Shown: positions 1 through 9,754 of the stretch, one piece after another | How positions within the stretch are numbered: the first letter of the stretch is position 1 | Layout of the letters: the number at the start of each line of letters is the position of its first letter | DNA from: a virus | Taxonomy: Duplodnaviria > Heunggongvirae > Uroviricota > Caudoviricetes | Virus record (IMG/VR): IMGVR_UViG_2541047816_000004 | Coordinates: 1-42,267 of that record | Reading direction: 5' to 3' (one strand) | Length of the DNA: 42,267 bases | Notes under the pieces: model-generated | Databases searched by the model: none | Seen by the model: the letters and a program-made list of their open reading frames with translations, nothing else | What the model was told of the DNA's origin: nothing | Made by a program: the position numbers and the translations under genes

Positions 1-9
1 TTGTCTCCC

Positions 10-291
10 TCACATCCAGCCACGAAGTTGATGTTCAACTACAACCGCGTATTCATCGAATATTGACGATTTTTTTGCATCATTAATGATGCGCACGTTT
101 ACAAAATATCCATCTTCCTTAACACATACCGGTTCGCCATCTTCAGTCAGTTCTCCGGTTTCTTTGTACACGTTACCTATCACGTCAATAAGAATATCAT
201 CCTGCATCGACTCGTCATCATAATAGCCAATGCTATCCATAAAGGCCGAAAAGTCGGCCCTGTCTGCAAATTTGAGTGTTAAATCTTTCAT
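10..291 (-). CDS. Hypothetical protein immediately downstream of the tail fiber gene (possible fiber accessory/chaperone)
   Basis: 93-aa ORF whose start overlaps the stf stop; acidic; no family recognised. Confidence 0.4.
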   Translation of the reverse strand: MKDLTLKFADRADFSAFMDSIGYYDDESMQDDILIDVIGNVYKETGELTEDGEPVCVKEDGYFVNVRIINDAKKSSIFDEYAVVVEHQLRGWM

Positions 292-2663
292 TAGATTGAC
301 TCCCCCATCTGAGCATCAGTCAATGCCTTGTGCCATATTCTGAAATTCCTGACATGACCAAATAAATGACGCAACCCGGCTGTAGTCTGGCCTCCAATAC
401 GGATAATTGCGGAGTTCTGAATATAGGACCATGTGGCTTTCTTTTCGCTGGATATACGCCCGTTACTTACTGAGCACGTAGACTGATCTGACTTTACACG
501 CATCCCCATAACCATTTTTTCAAGCGATGCGTTTTCGTTTACCCGTCTGTTAGCCAAACCTATATCACAATAAGGAAATCCGTCGTAATCTGTTGAACGA
601 CCGAAGCCAAGAATAATAGCCGCTCCGGTTTGATGACCGCCGGTATCAAAAACACGCGGTGCTGCATTTGGCGTTTTATACCAGTTCTTATGTACCTCAC
701 AAAGAACCGTAAAAGGAAGATTATAAAGATTATTCTTAATTGGAACTGTAACTATATCGCTTGCGCGGGTCGCCGCCGTCGCTCCTGATATAATAAAAGA
801 TGATACACAAGGCCCATCTTCTACTTGTGGGGTGGCCAGATAAATATAGTCACCAGATACGGTTGCCCCGCTCTGCTTAGGAGAATACTGTATCTGAGAG
901 CCTATTTTTAACTCCCCATCAATTGCCTGAATTGTTGCCTCTGCAAAAATCCATCCGGTAGCTTCGTCCTTTCTGACTCTCGCTGTAATTCTTGAGGCAG
1001 CACCGCCTGTCATATTAATTTCAAGCGTTTGTGTATCAATATACGCATCACCAAGAAAAGTTGTTGCGCTACCGTCATATTTATCAAACCGGATACGCAA
1101 CCTTACCTGCAGTTCTGTTTTAAAACGACATGAGGTTGTCACGTGTTTATTATCGCCTGAGACATCAACTGACTTTGTTGCAGCAATTGATGCCATATTA
1201 ATGGCTGAGGTTTGCCCAATCAGAGAATCGTTGCAGACAAACTTTCCATAGGTAAAACCAAAATTATCCGTCCCTGTTTCGGGCACATCCATATTTGACG
1301 ATCGCCCCCAACTGGCAGGGCTTTCCGAATTGAGCATGTAGTTTGTTCTTTGCCCCTCAATAAGCAGGCCATCACGTTCAAATCGTGGCTCGTCAATGGC
1401 AGCCTCTGTCAGCACACCAGATTTGTTAATATAGGTTGCTTTCGATGCACGTTTAAACTTAACAATCTTGTCGCCAGGCATCGTTATTTCATCGTCACCA
1501 ATAACAATTTTTTTATATGATGGCGAAAAGCCCGTAATCATATCCAGCGAATCGTTAAATGGTATCCACACATCAGGCAGCGGCTGTAAGACATATTTAT
1601 ACGGCTCCGCAGCCTGGCTTGCGTACTCTCTGGCTGCATCTTCGCTTGCTTTAGCTGCCGTCTGGCTTGCTGCCGATGCTTTCGCTGAGTTCGCAGCCGC
1701 TGTTTCGCTCACCTTTGCGTTGGTTTCACTGGTTTTTGCTGCTTTTTGACTGTTAGCTGATGCAGTAGCAGAAGCAGCCGCCGCGCTTGCAGAACTGGCT
1801 GCGGCACTCTCGCTTTGGGCCGCTGCATCCTGACTGCTTTTCGCCGCAGTTTCACTGGCTTTGGCATTCGTTTCGCTGGTCTTCGCTGCCGTCTGGCTGG
1901 ACTTTGCGTTAGTTTCACTCGTCTTCGCAGCTTTCTGGCTGTTAGCCGCAGCAGTTGCTGATCCAGCTGCTGAAGTCGCAGAACCGGCTGCCGCGCTCTC
2001 GCTTTGGGCTGCTGCAACCTGGCTGTTTTTTGCCGCAGTTTCACTGGCTTTAGCATTCGTTTCGCTGGTCTTCGCTGCCGTCTGGCTGGACTTTGCGTTG
2101 GTTTCGCTCGTCTTTGCGGCTGTCTCGCTATTTTTCGCGTTGGTTTCTGATTTTTTAGCTGCTGTTGCGGAGTTTGCCGATGCAGTCTGCGAGGCCGCTG
2201 CCGCCTGTGCGCTGTTAGCTGCATTCGTTTCTGAGGTTTTCGCCGCGTTCTTCGATGATGCCGCTGCAGTTTCGGATTTCTTTGCCGCCGCTGCGCTCTG
2301 AGAGGCGGCTTCAGCGTTGCGTGCCGCTTCTTCCACCATCTGCTCAAAGCGGCGCAGTGCCTCCGGTCGGACATCATCCTCCGTCATGGCACCGAGAAAA
2401 TCATTCAGCGTACCTGGTCTGGAACCTTCATAGACGGTAATGGTCCCGGCATGTGAAGGCGGAAAACCTTCAACCAGCAGGGTGACGCTGTACTGACCAT
2501 GCTCAACATCCATGCTGTAACGTCCGGCTTCATCCGGATTTTCAGAGGCCACCGTGTTCACCACCACCGTGCTGCTGGTTCGTCTGGCCTTCAGCACAAT
2601 GGTGCAGTTCTGTACTGGTTTTCCTGTGCCATCTTTAAGCACGCCAGAAATTTTTACTGTCAT
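291..2663 (-). CDS. stf: Side tail fiber protein (Stf-like) with lambda-type N-terminus, Ala/Ser/Thr-rich repeat shaft and non-lambda C-terminal domain
   Basis: N-terminus MTVKISGVLKDGTGKPVQNCTI... matches lambda Stf as I recall it; repeated AAKTSETNAK motifs; 790 aa. Confidence 0.85.
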   Translation of the reverse strand: MTVKISGVLKDGTGKPVQNCTIVLKARRTSSTVVVNTVASENPDEAGRYSMDVEHGQYSVTLLVEGFPPSHAGTITVYEGSRPGTLNDFLGAMTEDDVRPEALRRFEQMVEEAARNAEAASQSAAAAKKSETAAASSKNAAKTSETNAANSAQAAAASQTASANSATAAKKSETNAKNSETAAKTSETNAKSSQTAAKTSETNAKASETAAKNSQVAAAQSESAAAGSATSAAGSATAAANSQKAAKTSETNAKSSQTAAKTSETNAKASETAAKSSQDAAAQSESAAASSASAAAASATASANSQKAAKTSETNAKVSETAAANSAKASAASQTAAKASEDAAREYASQAAEPYKYVLQPLPDVWIPFNDSLDMITGFSPSYKKIVIGDDEITMPGDKIVKFKRASKATYINKSGVLTEAAIDEPRFERDGLLIEGQRTNYMLNSESPASWGRSSNMDVPETGTDNFGFTYGKFVCNDSLIGQTSAINMASIAATKSVDVSGDNKHVTTSCRFKTELQVRLRIRFDKYDGSATTFLGDAYIDTQTLEINMTGGAASRITARVRKDEATGWIFAEATIQAIDGELKIGSQIQYSPKQSGATVSGDYIYLATPQVEDGPCVSSFIISGATAATRASDIVTVPIKNNLYNLPFTVLCEVHKNWYKTPNAAPRVFDTGGHQTGAAIILGFGRSTDYDGFPYCDIGLANRRVNENASLEKMVMGMRVKSDQSTCSVSNGRISSEKKATWSYIQNSAIIRIGGQTTAGLRHLFGHVRNFRIWHKALTDAQMGESI
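1790..2290. repeat. Intragenic tandem repeats (~187-bp period) encoding the Ala-rich fiber shaft
   Basis: Near-identical blocks beginning around 1806 and 1993 (cgctctcgctttgggc...gtctggctggactttgcgtt). Confidence 0.7.
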
Positions 2664-2676
2664 ACTTTTCCACCAA

Positions 2677-2710
2677 TAAAAAAAGCCCGCAGCAGTGACG
2701 CCACGGGCTT
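2677..2710 (-). terminator. Hairpin plus T-run on minus strand between lom and stf
   Basis: agcccg...cgggct stem followed by T-run on minus strand. Confidence 0.45.
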
Positions 2711-2814
2711 CAGGACAGTGTAACTTTACGTTTCCTCAAACGCAGTTCACCCCATAAGGTGGATGAACCTGCGTATCATAACAATATTTACAGAAGATAA
2801 ATCGGCGTCTGTTG

Positions 2815-3414
2815 TCAGAAACGGTATCCGATACCAACAATAAATGCATCCGTTCGCCAGTCGCCACTGCCGGAGCCTTCATAAGCAATATCAATGGCCA
2901 CGGATTCGGTCGGGTTAAACTGCACGCCAGCTCCCCACGCCAGAGACGTGTTGCTGTGGCGATCGTCATCACTTCCGGTCAGCACATCGTGCGTTTTCCC
3001 CTTGTTGTCAGTTACGCGGAGATAATCCCCGGAGAACGTCGACACACGGCTGTAAGCCACACCTGCCATCGCATAAGCACTGAACCATTCATTCACGCGT
3101 ACAGACGGCCCCGCCATCATGCTGAACCAGCGGTTACGCACTGAATCTTCATGCCAGCGGGTATCGCTGTAATGCGTTTTTTGCTCATCTTTGGCATTGG
3201 CATAACTGAATGACGTCACCAGCCCCAGCGTGTCCGTAAATTCATAACGGTATTTCACGTTAATGCCCTTCAGGCCATCACTGCCTGGCATATCAGTATG
3301 GGTCTGAAGATACCCGGCGCTTAGTGTGGACTGATGCTCTGCTGCACTCGCTGGCGTAGCAGCGGCGACCTGCCAGACTACTGCGGACAAAATAACAGCA
3401 CATAATGTACGCAT
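2815..3414 (-). CDS. lom: Outer membrane protein Lom (Ail/Lom family)
   Basis: Signal peptide plus C-terminal IAYEGSGSGDWRTD...GYRF, matching lambda Lom as recalled. Confidence 0.85.
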   Translation of the reverse strand: MRTLCAVILSAVVWQVAAATPASAAEHQSTLSAGYLQTHTDMPGSDGLKGINVKYRYEFTDTLGLVTSFSYANAKDEQKTHYSDTRWHEDSVRNRWFSMMAGPSVRVNEWFSAYAMAGVAYSRVSTFSGDYLRVTDNKGKTHDVLTGSDDDRHSNTSLAWGAGVQFNPTESVAIDIAYEGSGSGDWRTDAFIVGIGYRF

Positions 3415-3435
3415 AATTACCTCTCGCTTTTCTGC

Positions 3436-3462
3436 AATAAAAAAGGCGCCATTTCTGGCGCC
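3436..3462 (-). terminator. Intrinsic terminator downstream of J (tJ-like)
   Basis: ggcgcc-atttct-ggcgcc hairpin followed by T-run on minus strand. Confidence 0.6.
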
Positions 3463-3481
3463 CGTATCTGGGTTATAAAAT

Positions 3482-6400
3482 TCAGCTAATCGTGATGCCT
3501 GCAGTGGCTTTCTTCATCACCACAACCAGCAAATCGCTGATACTTGCTGTGGGATACCAGTTATTTACCAGCCATGCTGACACCGAAAACTCCAGTGTCA
3601 TGTGACCGTGACCGGCAGGCATATCAATAACACCACTGTAAATCAGCGTATTATCCAGCGCGGTACGGTTATAAATTTCAGCACCGTTTTTCCGTACTAT
3701 CAGGCGGCATGACGAATAAATATCGTTATTCTCCCGCTCATGTTTAGCGCCGCTGAATGCCACCGCCGGAATAACAATCTGCCGGTCAAACGGCTGATCG
3801 TCATAAACCCTGACGGTGATGGTCCCTGATGGCCACCGTTCCGGTGCACGGGAGTCCCGGGGGAAAGCTTTGCCCACTGTTTTAACGAGATCGCCTTCAA
3901 TCTGGTTGGCGGACAATTTTCCCAGAACCCGACAGTTCTCGTTAATCGTGACGTTGTTGAGCGCCCCGGAGTTCGCATTCACGTTACCGCTGATATCGGC
4001 ATTTTTCGCCGTCAGCCGCCCGTCCGGTGTCAGGGAAAATGCCGGAGGATTACCGCCACTGGTAATGGTCGGAGCCGTCAGGCGTTTCAGGAACACGTCG
4101 TTCATGAATATCTGATCGCCCTGACCAACAAACATCGGCTTTGTGTTGCCATTCGCAGGATTAATCATCGCAATCCTGTCTGCCGCCAGCAGCACCTGAC
4201 TCTGCATACCGTCGGGGGTGTTCTCAATACCGGCACCAATACCCGCGATATAAAGGCGTCCATCCTGCATCTGCTGCAGCTTCACAGCCCACATGCTGTT
4301 CAGGTTATTATTTGTATCAACCTGAACCTTCTGTATCTGCTGGATTGCCGCACTCTGGTCTTCCAGTTTCTTATTGACAGTCTGCGTGATTTCATTGCTG
4401 ACATCCGTAATGGACGTCCTGATTTCAGCCAGGTCAGGCGCAAGCTGACCGTTATCAATCTGCGTCCACAGCTCCTGAGCCAGATGTGTTTTCCCTATCT
4501 CTCCTTTGAAAAAATCCAGGTAACCTTCCGCATCATCGCTCGCCCGGCCGACAGCCTCCACGAATGCCGATTTGCCAACGGTGTTCACACTGCGAACGTA
4601 AAAATAATAATCATGACCCGGCTTAATATTGATACTGGCAGCTATCCAGTACAGCGCCGTGCCAAGATAGCTGGCTGTGGTTTCAACCTGCCTGATATCC
4701 GCAATCCGCTTTTCCGAGAACCAGAACTCAAACTGTACCGTCGGATCATAAACGGCAAGATGCGGCGTGGCGGTTATCTGAAAATAGCCCGGCGTCAGCT
4801 CAATCTGCGACGGTGCTGCCGGTGCGGCAATCCGGAACGATACCGACGCCGGATCGCCCTGCTGCCCCCAGGCATTTGCCGCCCGGACCGTCAGTCTGTA
4901 GTTTCCCAGCGCCAGTTGCCTGAAGCGGTATGTGGTTTCCGTCGTCCGGGCCGTGCTGACCAGCCGCTCACTGCCGTCATCCGCTGCCACGGTCAGGCGA
5001 AGCATAAAGCTCACCCCCTTCACCACCTTCGGCGTATCCCAGCGCGCCAGCACCTGGTATTCCCCGCTGTCTGCGGTGACTTCTGCGGTCAGGTGCTGCA
5101 CTGCTGGCGGCGTGACACCGTTCACCGTTCCGCTCTGGTCGCCGTCAAAGTGCGCCCCGTTATCCACGATGGCTTCTTTCTCCGGCACATGCTGCACGGC
5201 AGTGATGGCATACGTGCCGTCATCGTTCTCACGGATACTCACACAGCGGAACAGGCGCTGGCGCAGCGTCGGCAGCTTCAGCCCCCATACGCTGTATTCG
5301 GCAACACCGTCAGGAACACGGCTCACTTTTACCTTCACGCCGTCGGTGACGGACTGAACCTCCACGCTGACCGGATTGCCACTTCCGTCAACCAGGCTTA
5401 TCAGCGTGGTACCGGAGGATGGCAGCGTGATTTCACGGTCGAGCGTCAGCGTCCGGGTCTGGCTGTTCACCGCCAGCACGCGACCACCGATGCTGATACC
5501 GGCATAGTCATCATCACAGATTTCAATGACATCGCCCGGTACATGGCGAAGCCCTTCGGCACCCACGCTGAAGTCCACGGTCTGCGTTTCCAGCAGTTCC
5601 GTTTTAATCAGCCACAGCCCGGCGCGGTGCGCCTGCCCCCGGCTGGTACAGCCAAAGGCATCCATCTTCGTGACGTTACGACCGTAACGGAGAATGGCCT
5701 GCGTATCTTCAACAAGCTCTGTCGCCGTCTCCCAGCCGTTATCCGGGTCAATCCAGTTCACCTCAACGGCATTATGGCGGTCCTTCAGGGCGCTGAAGCT
5801 GTAGCGGAACGGCGCGCCATCATCCGGCATCACCACATTACTGCGGTTATAGGTCCACACCTTATCCGACGGTCGGTCCTGCACGAACGTCAGCGTCTGC
5901 CCGTTCCATACCGGCATACAGCGCATCGCCGAACAGAAATCACTGAGCACATCCCACGCCTTACGCTGTGTGGTCAGGTAAGCGTTACAGGTGATGCGCG
6001 GCTCCGTACCACCAAAGCCATCCGGCACTGACTGATCGCAATACTGGCCGATGACATACAGCGCCCATTTGTCCACATCCGCCGCACCAAGACGTTTCCC
6101 CATGCCGTAGCGCGGGTGGGTCAGCATATCCCACAGACACCAGGCCATGTTGTTGCTGTATGCCGGTTTAAACGTCCCGTCCCAGATACCGCTGTATTGC
6201 CGCGTCTGCGGGTTATAGTTCGATGGCACCTGCAGAATGCGCCCGCGAAGATGATAATTACGGCTCACCTGCTGGCTGCCGAACTGTTCCGAGTCCACCT
6301 GCACGCCGACCAGTGCCGTGTTCGGGTAGCACTGTTTCACATCGATGATTTCAGTGTATGACGACCAGAGCGTTTTGTTCTGCAGCTGGTCTGTGGTGCT

Positions 6401-6961
6401 GTCCGGCGTCATCCTGCGCATCCGGATATTGAACGGTCGCGGCGGCAGGTTATCCACCACCACCGAGGCCAGATACTGCGACGTGGTTTTGCCCTTAATG
6501 GTGATGTCTTTTTCCGTCACCCAGCCACCGTTACGTTGTATCTGAACCAGCAGGCGGACTTCCGACGGATTCCGGTCACCCTTTGAGGTGGTTTCCACCA
6601 GTGCCTGCACACCGAAGGTAAAGCGCAGACGGTCGATGTTTGCAGACGTGATGGTCCGGGTGATCGGCGTGTCGTATTTCACTTCCGTACCCAGCACCGT
6701 CTCGGAACCGGAGGATTCAAATCCCTCCGGCGGTGTCTGCTCCTGCTCACCTGCCCGGAACACCACCGTGACACCGGAGATGTTGGTATTCCCCTCACTG
6801 TCCAGCACCGGTGTACTGTTCAGCAGCACGCTTTTTAATCCATCCACCGGACCTTCAACCGGCCCTTCGCTGATGGCATCGATCACACTCAGCAGCTGCG
6901 TGGACTTCAGGTTGTCCCTCGCTTCGCGCGGGGTATGCCCCTTACTGCTTCCTTTACCCAT
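3482..6961 (-). CDS. J: Host specificity / central tail fiber protein J
   Basis: 1159 aa; N-terminal two-thirds lambda J-like; C-terminal receptor-binding end differs in length from lambda J (1132 aa). Confidence 0.95.
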   Translation of the reverse strand: MGKGSSKGHTPREARDNLKSTQLLSVIDAISEGPVEGPVDGLKSVLLNSTPVLDSEGNTNISGVTVVFRAGEQEQTPPEGFESSGSETVLGTEVKYDTPITRTITSANIDRLRFTFGVQALVETTSKGDRNPSEVRLLVQIQRNGGWVTEKDITIKGKTTSQYLASVVVDNLPPRPFNIRMRRMTPDSTTDQLQNKTLWSSYTEIIDVKQCYPNTALVGVQVDSEQFGSQQVSRNYHLRGRILQVPSNYNPQTRQYSGIWDGTFKPAYSNNMAWCLWDMLTHPRYGMGKRLGAADVDKWALYVIGQYCDQSVPDGFGGTEPRITCNAYLTTQRKAWDVLSDFCSAMRCMPVWNGQTLTFVQDRPSDKVWTYNRSNVVMPDDGAPFRYSFSALKDRHNAVEVNWIDPDNGWETATELVEDTQAILRYGRNVTKMDAFGCTSRGQAHRAGLWLIKTELLETQTVDFSVGAEGLRHVPGDVIEICDDDYAGISIGGRVLAVNSQTRTLTLDREITLPSSGTTLISLVDGSGNPVSVEVQSVTDGVKVKVSRVPDGVAEYSVWGLKLPTLRQRLFRCVSIRENDDGTYAITAVQHVPEKEAIVDNGAHFDGDQSGTVNGVTPPAVQHLTAEVTADSGEYQVLARWDTPKVVKGVSFMLRLTVAADDGSERLVSTARTTETTYRFRQLALGNYRLTVRAANAWGQQGDPASVSFRIAAPAAPSQIELTPGYFQITATPHLAVYDPTVQFEFWFSEKRIADIRQVETTASYLGTALYWIAASINIKPGHDYYFYVRSVNTVGKSAFVEAVGRASDDAEGYLDFFKGEIGKTHLAQELWTQIDNGQLAPDLAEIRTSITDVSNEITQTVNKKLEDQSAAIQQIQKVQVDTNNNLNSMWAVKLQQMQDGRLYIAGIGAGIENTPDGMQSQVLLAADRIAMINPANGNTKPMFVGQGDQIFMNDVFLKRLTAPTITSGGNPPAFSLTPDGRLTAKNADISGNVNANSGALNNVTINENCRVLGKLSANQIEGDLVKTVGKAFPRDSRAPERWPSGTITVRVYDDQPFDRQIVIPAVAFSGAKHERENNDIYSSCRLIVRKNGAEIYNRTALDNTLIYSGVIDMPAGHGHMTLEFSVSAWLVNNWYPTASISDLLVVVMKKATAGITIS

Positions 6962-6971
6962 TCCTCACACT

Positions 6972-7002
6972 CCATAAACAACAAAGCCGCCCAAAAGGCG
7001 GC
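6972..7002 (-). terminator. Intrinsic terminator after the inserted lipoprotein gene, just upstream of the J RBS
   Basis: gccgcc-caaaa-ggcggc hairpin followed by TTTGTTGTTTAT on minus strand. Confidence 0.55.
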
Positions 7003-7027
7003 TCATGAGTTACGGCAGGATTAACTA

Positions 7028-7366
7028 TTATTTACATGCATTAACACTATCAGCAAAAATTTTTGGCGTTAATGCTGGTACACGTTCATAAAGAGTAAAA
7101 CTACTGCCATTTCCTGCTTTTTTGATATCAAGCACAACATCATATCCCCCCATAGCCTGTGGAACTAAAAGGCTTACCCCATTCTCAATAGGAAGGGATG
7201 TTATAGGTGTTCCATTACCAGCCCATTGTCTGGATATGCAGCCTGACAATTCATCAATATTTTTTAATGAATTACCTTCCATTACAGGTTTTCCGGATTT
7301 TACGTAATCCAAAGACTTACATCCTGTTAAGGCAATAATCGTGCAGAATAAAATCGTTTTGTTCAT
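7028..7366 (-). CDS. Small lipoprotein inserted between tail genes I and J
   Basis: MNKTILFCTIIALTGC lipobox signal; AT-rich; lambda has no gene here; ATG at M5 of track ORF. Confidence 0.5.
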   Translation of the reverse strand: MNKTILFCTIIALTGCKSLDYVKSGKPVMEGNSLKNIDELSGCISRQWAGNGTPITSLPIENGVSLLVPQAMGGYDVVLDIKKAGNGSSFTLYERVPALTPKIFADSVNACK

Positions 7367-7438
7367 ATAGCTAACCAATAGAATAATTATCAGTGTTCGA
7401 TATAAATATTAAATCAGTTAGAACATGAGTAAATAATA

Positions 7439-8080
7439 TTACCGCCCAATTACCACAACCTGACCACCATCCCCTTCATCTGCCGTGCTGATCTCCTGAG
7501 ATGCCACACGTGACCCCACGCGCATTTCACCGTACAGAACAGGCAGGACATTGCCCTGGGCAACCATGTTATCCAGTGAGGAGAAATAGGTGTTCTGTTT
7601 GCCGTTATCCGTTGTCTGTGTACGGGGAGTTCTGGCTTTCGGTGCCAGCATCTGCGCCACACCACCAAGCGTCATCGCCGCACCCATTGAAAAGAGAATG
7701 TCACTGAAAGCGATACTGATCCCCGGCATCCAGATTGCCGTAGCAATCAACGCCGCACCCAGCACCGCCTGAAACACACCGCCACTTTTTGCTCCCGCAA
7801 GACGCGGCACGATGTGGATCACGGCACCATTTGCCAGCGGCTCATTAAGACGGGATGATAATTCGGTTTCTCCTGCATCCCGCCCGGCAATCCGTACCTG
7901 ATACCAGCCATCGCTCAGTTTCTGACGAAACGCCGGGAGCTGTGTGGCCAGTGCCCGGATGGCTTCAGCCCCCGTTTTCACACGAAGGTCGATGCGGCGG
8001 CCAAATCGTTGCAAATCCCCGTAAAGGCAGATGCGTGCCATTCCCGGTGACGCCAGAGGGAGTGTGTGCGTCGCTGCCAT
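7439..8080 (-). CDS. I: Tail assembly protein I
   Basis: MAATHTLPLASPGMARICLYGDLQRFGRRIDLRV... matches lambda I as recalled. Confidence 0.9.
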   Translation of the reverse strand: MAATHTLPLASPGMARICLYGDLQRFGRRIDLRVKTGAEAIRALATQLPAFRQKLSDGWYQVRIAGRDAGETELSSRLNEPLANGAVIHIVPRLAGAKSGGVFQAVLGAALIATAIWMPGISIAFSDILFSMGAAMTLGGVAQMLAPKARTPRTQTTDNGKQNTYFSSLDNMVAQGNVLPVLYGEMRVGSRVASQEISTADEGDGGQVVVIGR

Positions 8081-8721
8081 TTGTCGGTATACCTCTCTCG
8101 TTTACTCAGTTGTTCAGGAATATGGTGCAGCAGCTCACCGTCGCCGCAGTAAATGGCGGCGTGATTCGGCACCGATGAACCAAAACAGCACAGCAGCACA
8201 TCGCCCGGCTGCGCCTCTGTCAGTGCGACACGGTAAAAACCAGTAGCCTCCATATTGTCAAGATAGAGATTCTGACCGTGACGCCACCAGTCATCCCCGC
8301 GATGAAAATCCGGCATCTCAATCCCCGCCAGATGGTAAGCATCCCGGAACAGCGTGTAACAGTCCGTCACCCCGTGCTCAAAGAGCCGCCCGGTGAGATG
8401 CGGCACACAGCGGAATTTATGAATCGCCCCCCGGCAGACCAGCCACCACGGCAAATCACTCTGCACCTGCAACCGCCGGTCGGCCTCACTCAGCCAGGGC
8501 AGACCACCGGGATGGCTGTGCACCAGCGCCACAATCTCACCCTGCATTTCTGCCCGCAGCCAGTCCTCCGGCGACATCCGGAAATACGCCTCCGGCTCAC
8601 CGGAGATATTTACGCAGGGAAGATATCTGTCTCCCTCCGGCGTTCTCACCACAAAGCCGCACGACTCCGCTGGCGCACATCGCCGGGCGTGCGCCAGAAT
8701 CGCTGATTCTGTCTCTGTCAT
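7978..8721 (-). CDS. K: Tail tip assembly protein K (JAMM/MPN + NlpC/P60-type)
   Basis: HSHPGGLPWLSEAD JAMM motif; lambda K annotated start corresponds to internal M49 (~8577). Confidence 0.9.
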   Translation of the reverse strand: MTETESAILAHARRCAPAESCGFVVRTPEGDRYLPCVNISGEPEAYFRMSPEDWLRAEMQGEIVALVHSHPGGLPWLSEADRRLQVQSDLPWWLVCRGAIHKFRCVPHLTGRLFEHGVTDCYTLFRDAYHLAGIEMPDFHRGDDWWRHGQNLYLDNMEATGFYRVALTEAQPGDVLLCCFGSSVPNHAAIYCGDGELLHHIPEQLSKRERYTDKWQRRTHSLWRHREWHASAFTGICNDLAAASTFV

Positions 8722-8726
8722 GGGAT

Positions 8727-9425
8727 TTACTGCGAAAGTTTGTCAATGGAAAGGAAGCCGCCAAAGTTGCCGACGTTATTGCGAAACTTACAGCCACTCA
8801 GGCATTTGCTGCATTTATCCTTCGTGATATCGGTTGTCGGCTGGTCATATTCATCCGCGACAGCCGGACCGTGATAACCGCACTCATCACCGCGATAGGT
8901 CCAGGTGCAGGTGTTGGCCAGCATGATACGTCCCGGAAAAACAGCGCCATCCGTTTCCGTCGGCGTGGACAGTACAAAGGAGGCACTGACCGCGCTCAGT
9001 TCGCTGCACTGCTCGATGCGCCAGCGGCTGATCACCTCCTGCTCCGGATCGGCGTCGCTGTTTCCGTTGACGAAGTTCACCGCATCCAGAAAACGGGCAT
9101 AAACCTTACGCCTGACCACCGTTCCGCCGACCAGACTCTGCAGGTCTTCCGCCATCCCGGTGACCATACCGTACAGGTTAGAAACCGTCAGCGTGGGGCG
9201 CGTACTGGTACCTTTGCCATTCAGTTCGAAACCACTCCCCTGAATGGGATACGCCTGATACTGTCGCCCCTGCCAGGTGACCGGCTCACCTTTTTCGTTC
9301 TGCTCATTACAGAAAAAATAACGTTCTCCACCAACCTCTGTCAGATCGATTTCCCAGAGCACCACGCAGGCAGACTGCTCCGCACGGGTGCATTCATTCA
9401 GTGTTTCCTGTCGGATATCCTGCAT
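8727..9425 (-). CDS. L: Tail tip protein L
   Basis: 232 aa, same length as lambda L; MQDIRQETLNECTRAEQSA... Confidence 0.9.
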   Translation of the reverse strand: MQDIRQETLNECTRAEQSACVVLWEIDLTEVGGERYFFCNEQNEKGEPVTWQGRQYQAYPIQGSGFELNGKGTSTRPTLTVSNLYGMVTGMAEDLQSLVGGTVVRRKVYARFLDAVNFVNGNSDADPEQEVISRWRIEQCSELSAVSASFVLSTPTETDGAVFPGRIMLANTCTWTYRGDECGYHGPAVADEYDQPTTDITKDKCSKCLSGCKFRNNVGNFGGFLSIDKLSQ

Positions 9426-9754
9426 CAGTTCACCACCTGTTCAAACTCTGCGCTGAACTCAACACGCAACATACTGACCCGCGACGACCATTTTGCGCAG
9501 GTCACCTTTATCTGCCGCCAGTCATAAGGCGGCGTCCACAGAAAGGCTTTCCAGCCTCCGTGCTCTGCCAGAAACGATTCCAACGCCGTGGCCTCCCAAC
9601 GGGGGACAGAAATCGTCACGCTGTACGTTTTCAGGTTGGCATTCAGCCCGGCAGGCGCGCGCTGGGAATAGCCATCACCAAAGCGCACCTTCCTGACGGA
9701 AGGAGCCGAAGCCACATCCATACCGGGTTTCACTTTCCAGCGGAAGGTTTTCAT
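9425..9754 (-). CDS. M: Tail tip protein M
   Basis: 109 aa as in lambda M; position between H and L. Confidence 0.9.
   Translation of the reverse strand: MKTFRWKVKPGMDVASAPSVRKVRFGDGYSQRAPAGLNANLKTYSVTISVPRWEATALESFLAEHGGWKAFLWTPPYDWRQIKVTCAKWSSRVSMLRVEFSAEFEQVVN

Noticed and set aside
1790-2290. Possible CRISPR-like array
   Set aside because: Repeats are ~187 bp, in-frame coding repeats of the tail fiber with no short spacer-repeat structure; no cas genes anywhere in the window.
1468-2301. Plus-strand ORFs (93 and 146 aa) within the stf repeat region
   Set aside because: Antisense frames of the Ala-rich repeats giving Ala/Phe/Leu low-complexity peptides; not genes.
4484-6031. 515-aa plus-strand ORF inside J
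   Set aside because: Antisense to a strongly supported J gene; Arg/Pro-rich low-complexity product typical of a spurious ORF in GC-rich coding DNA.
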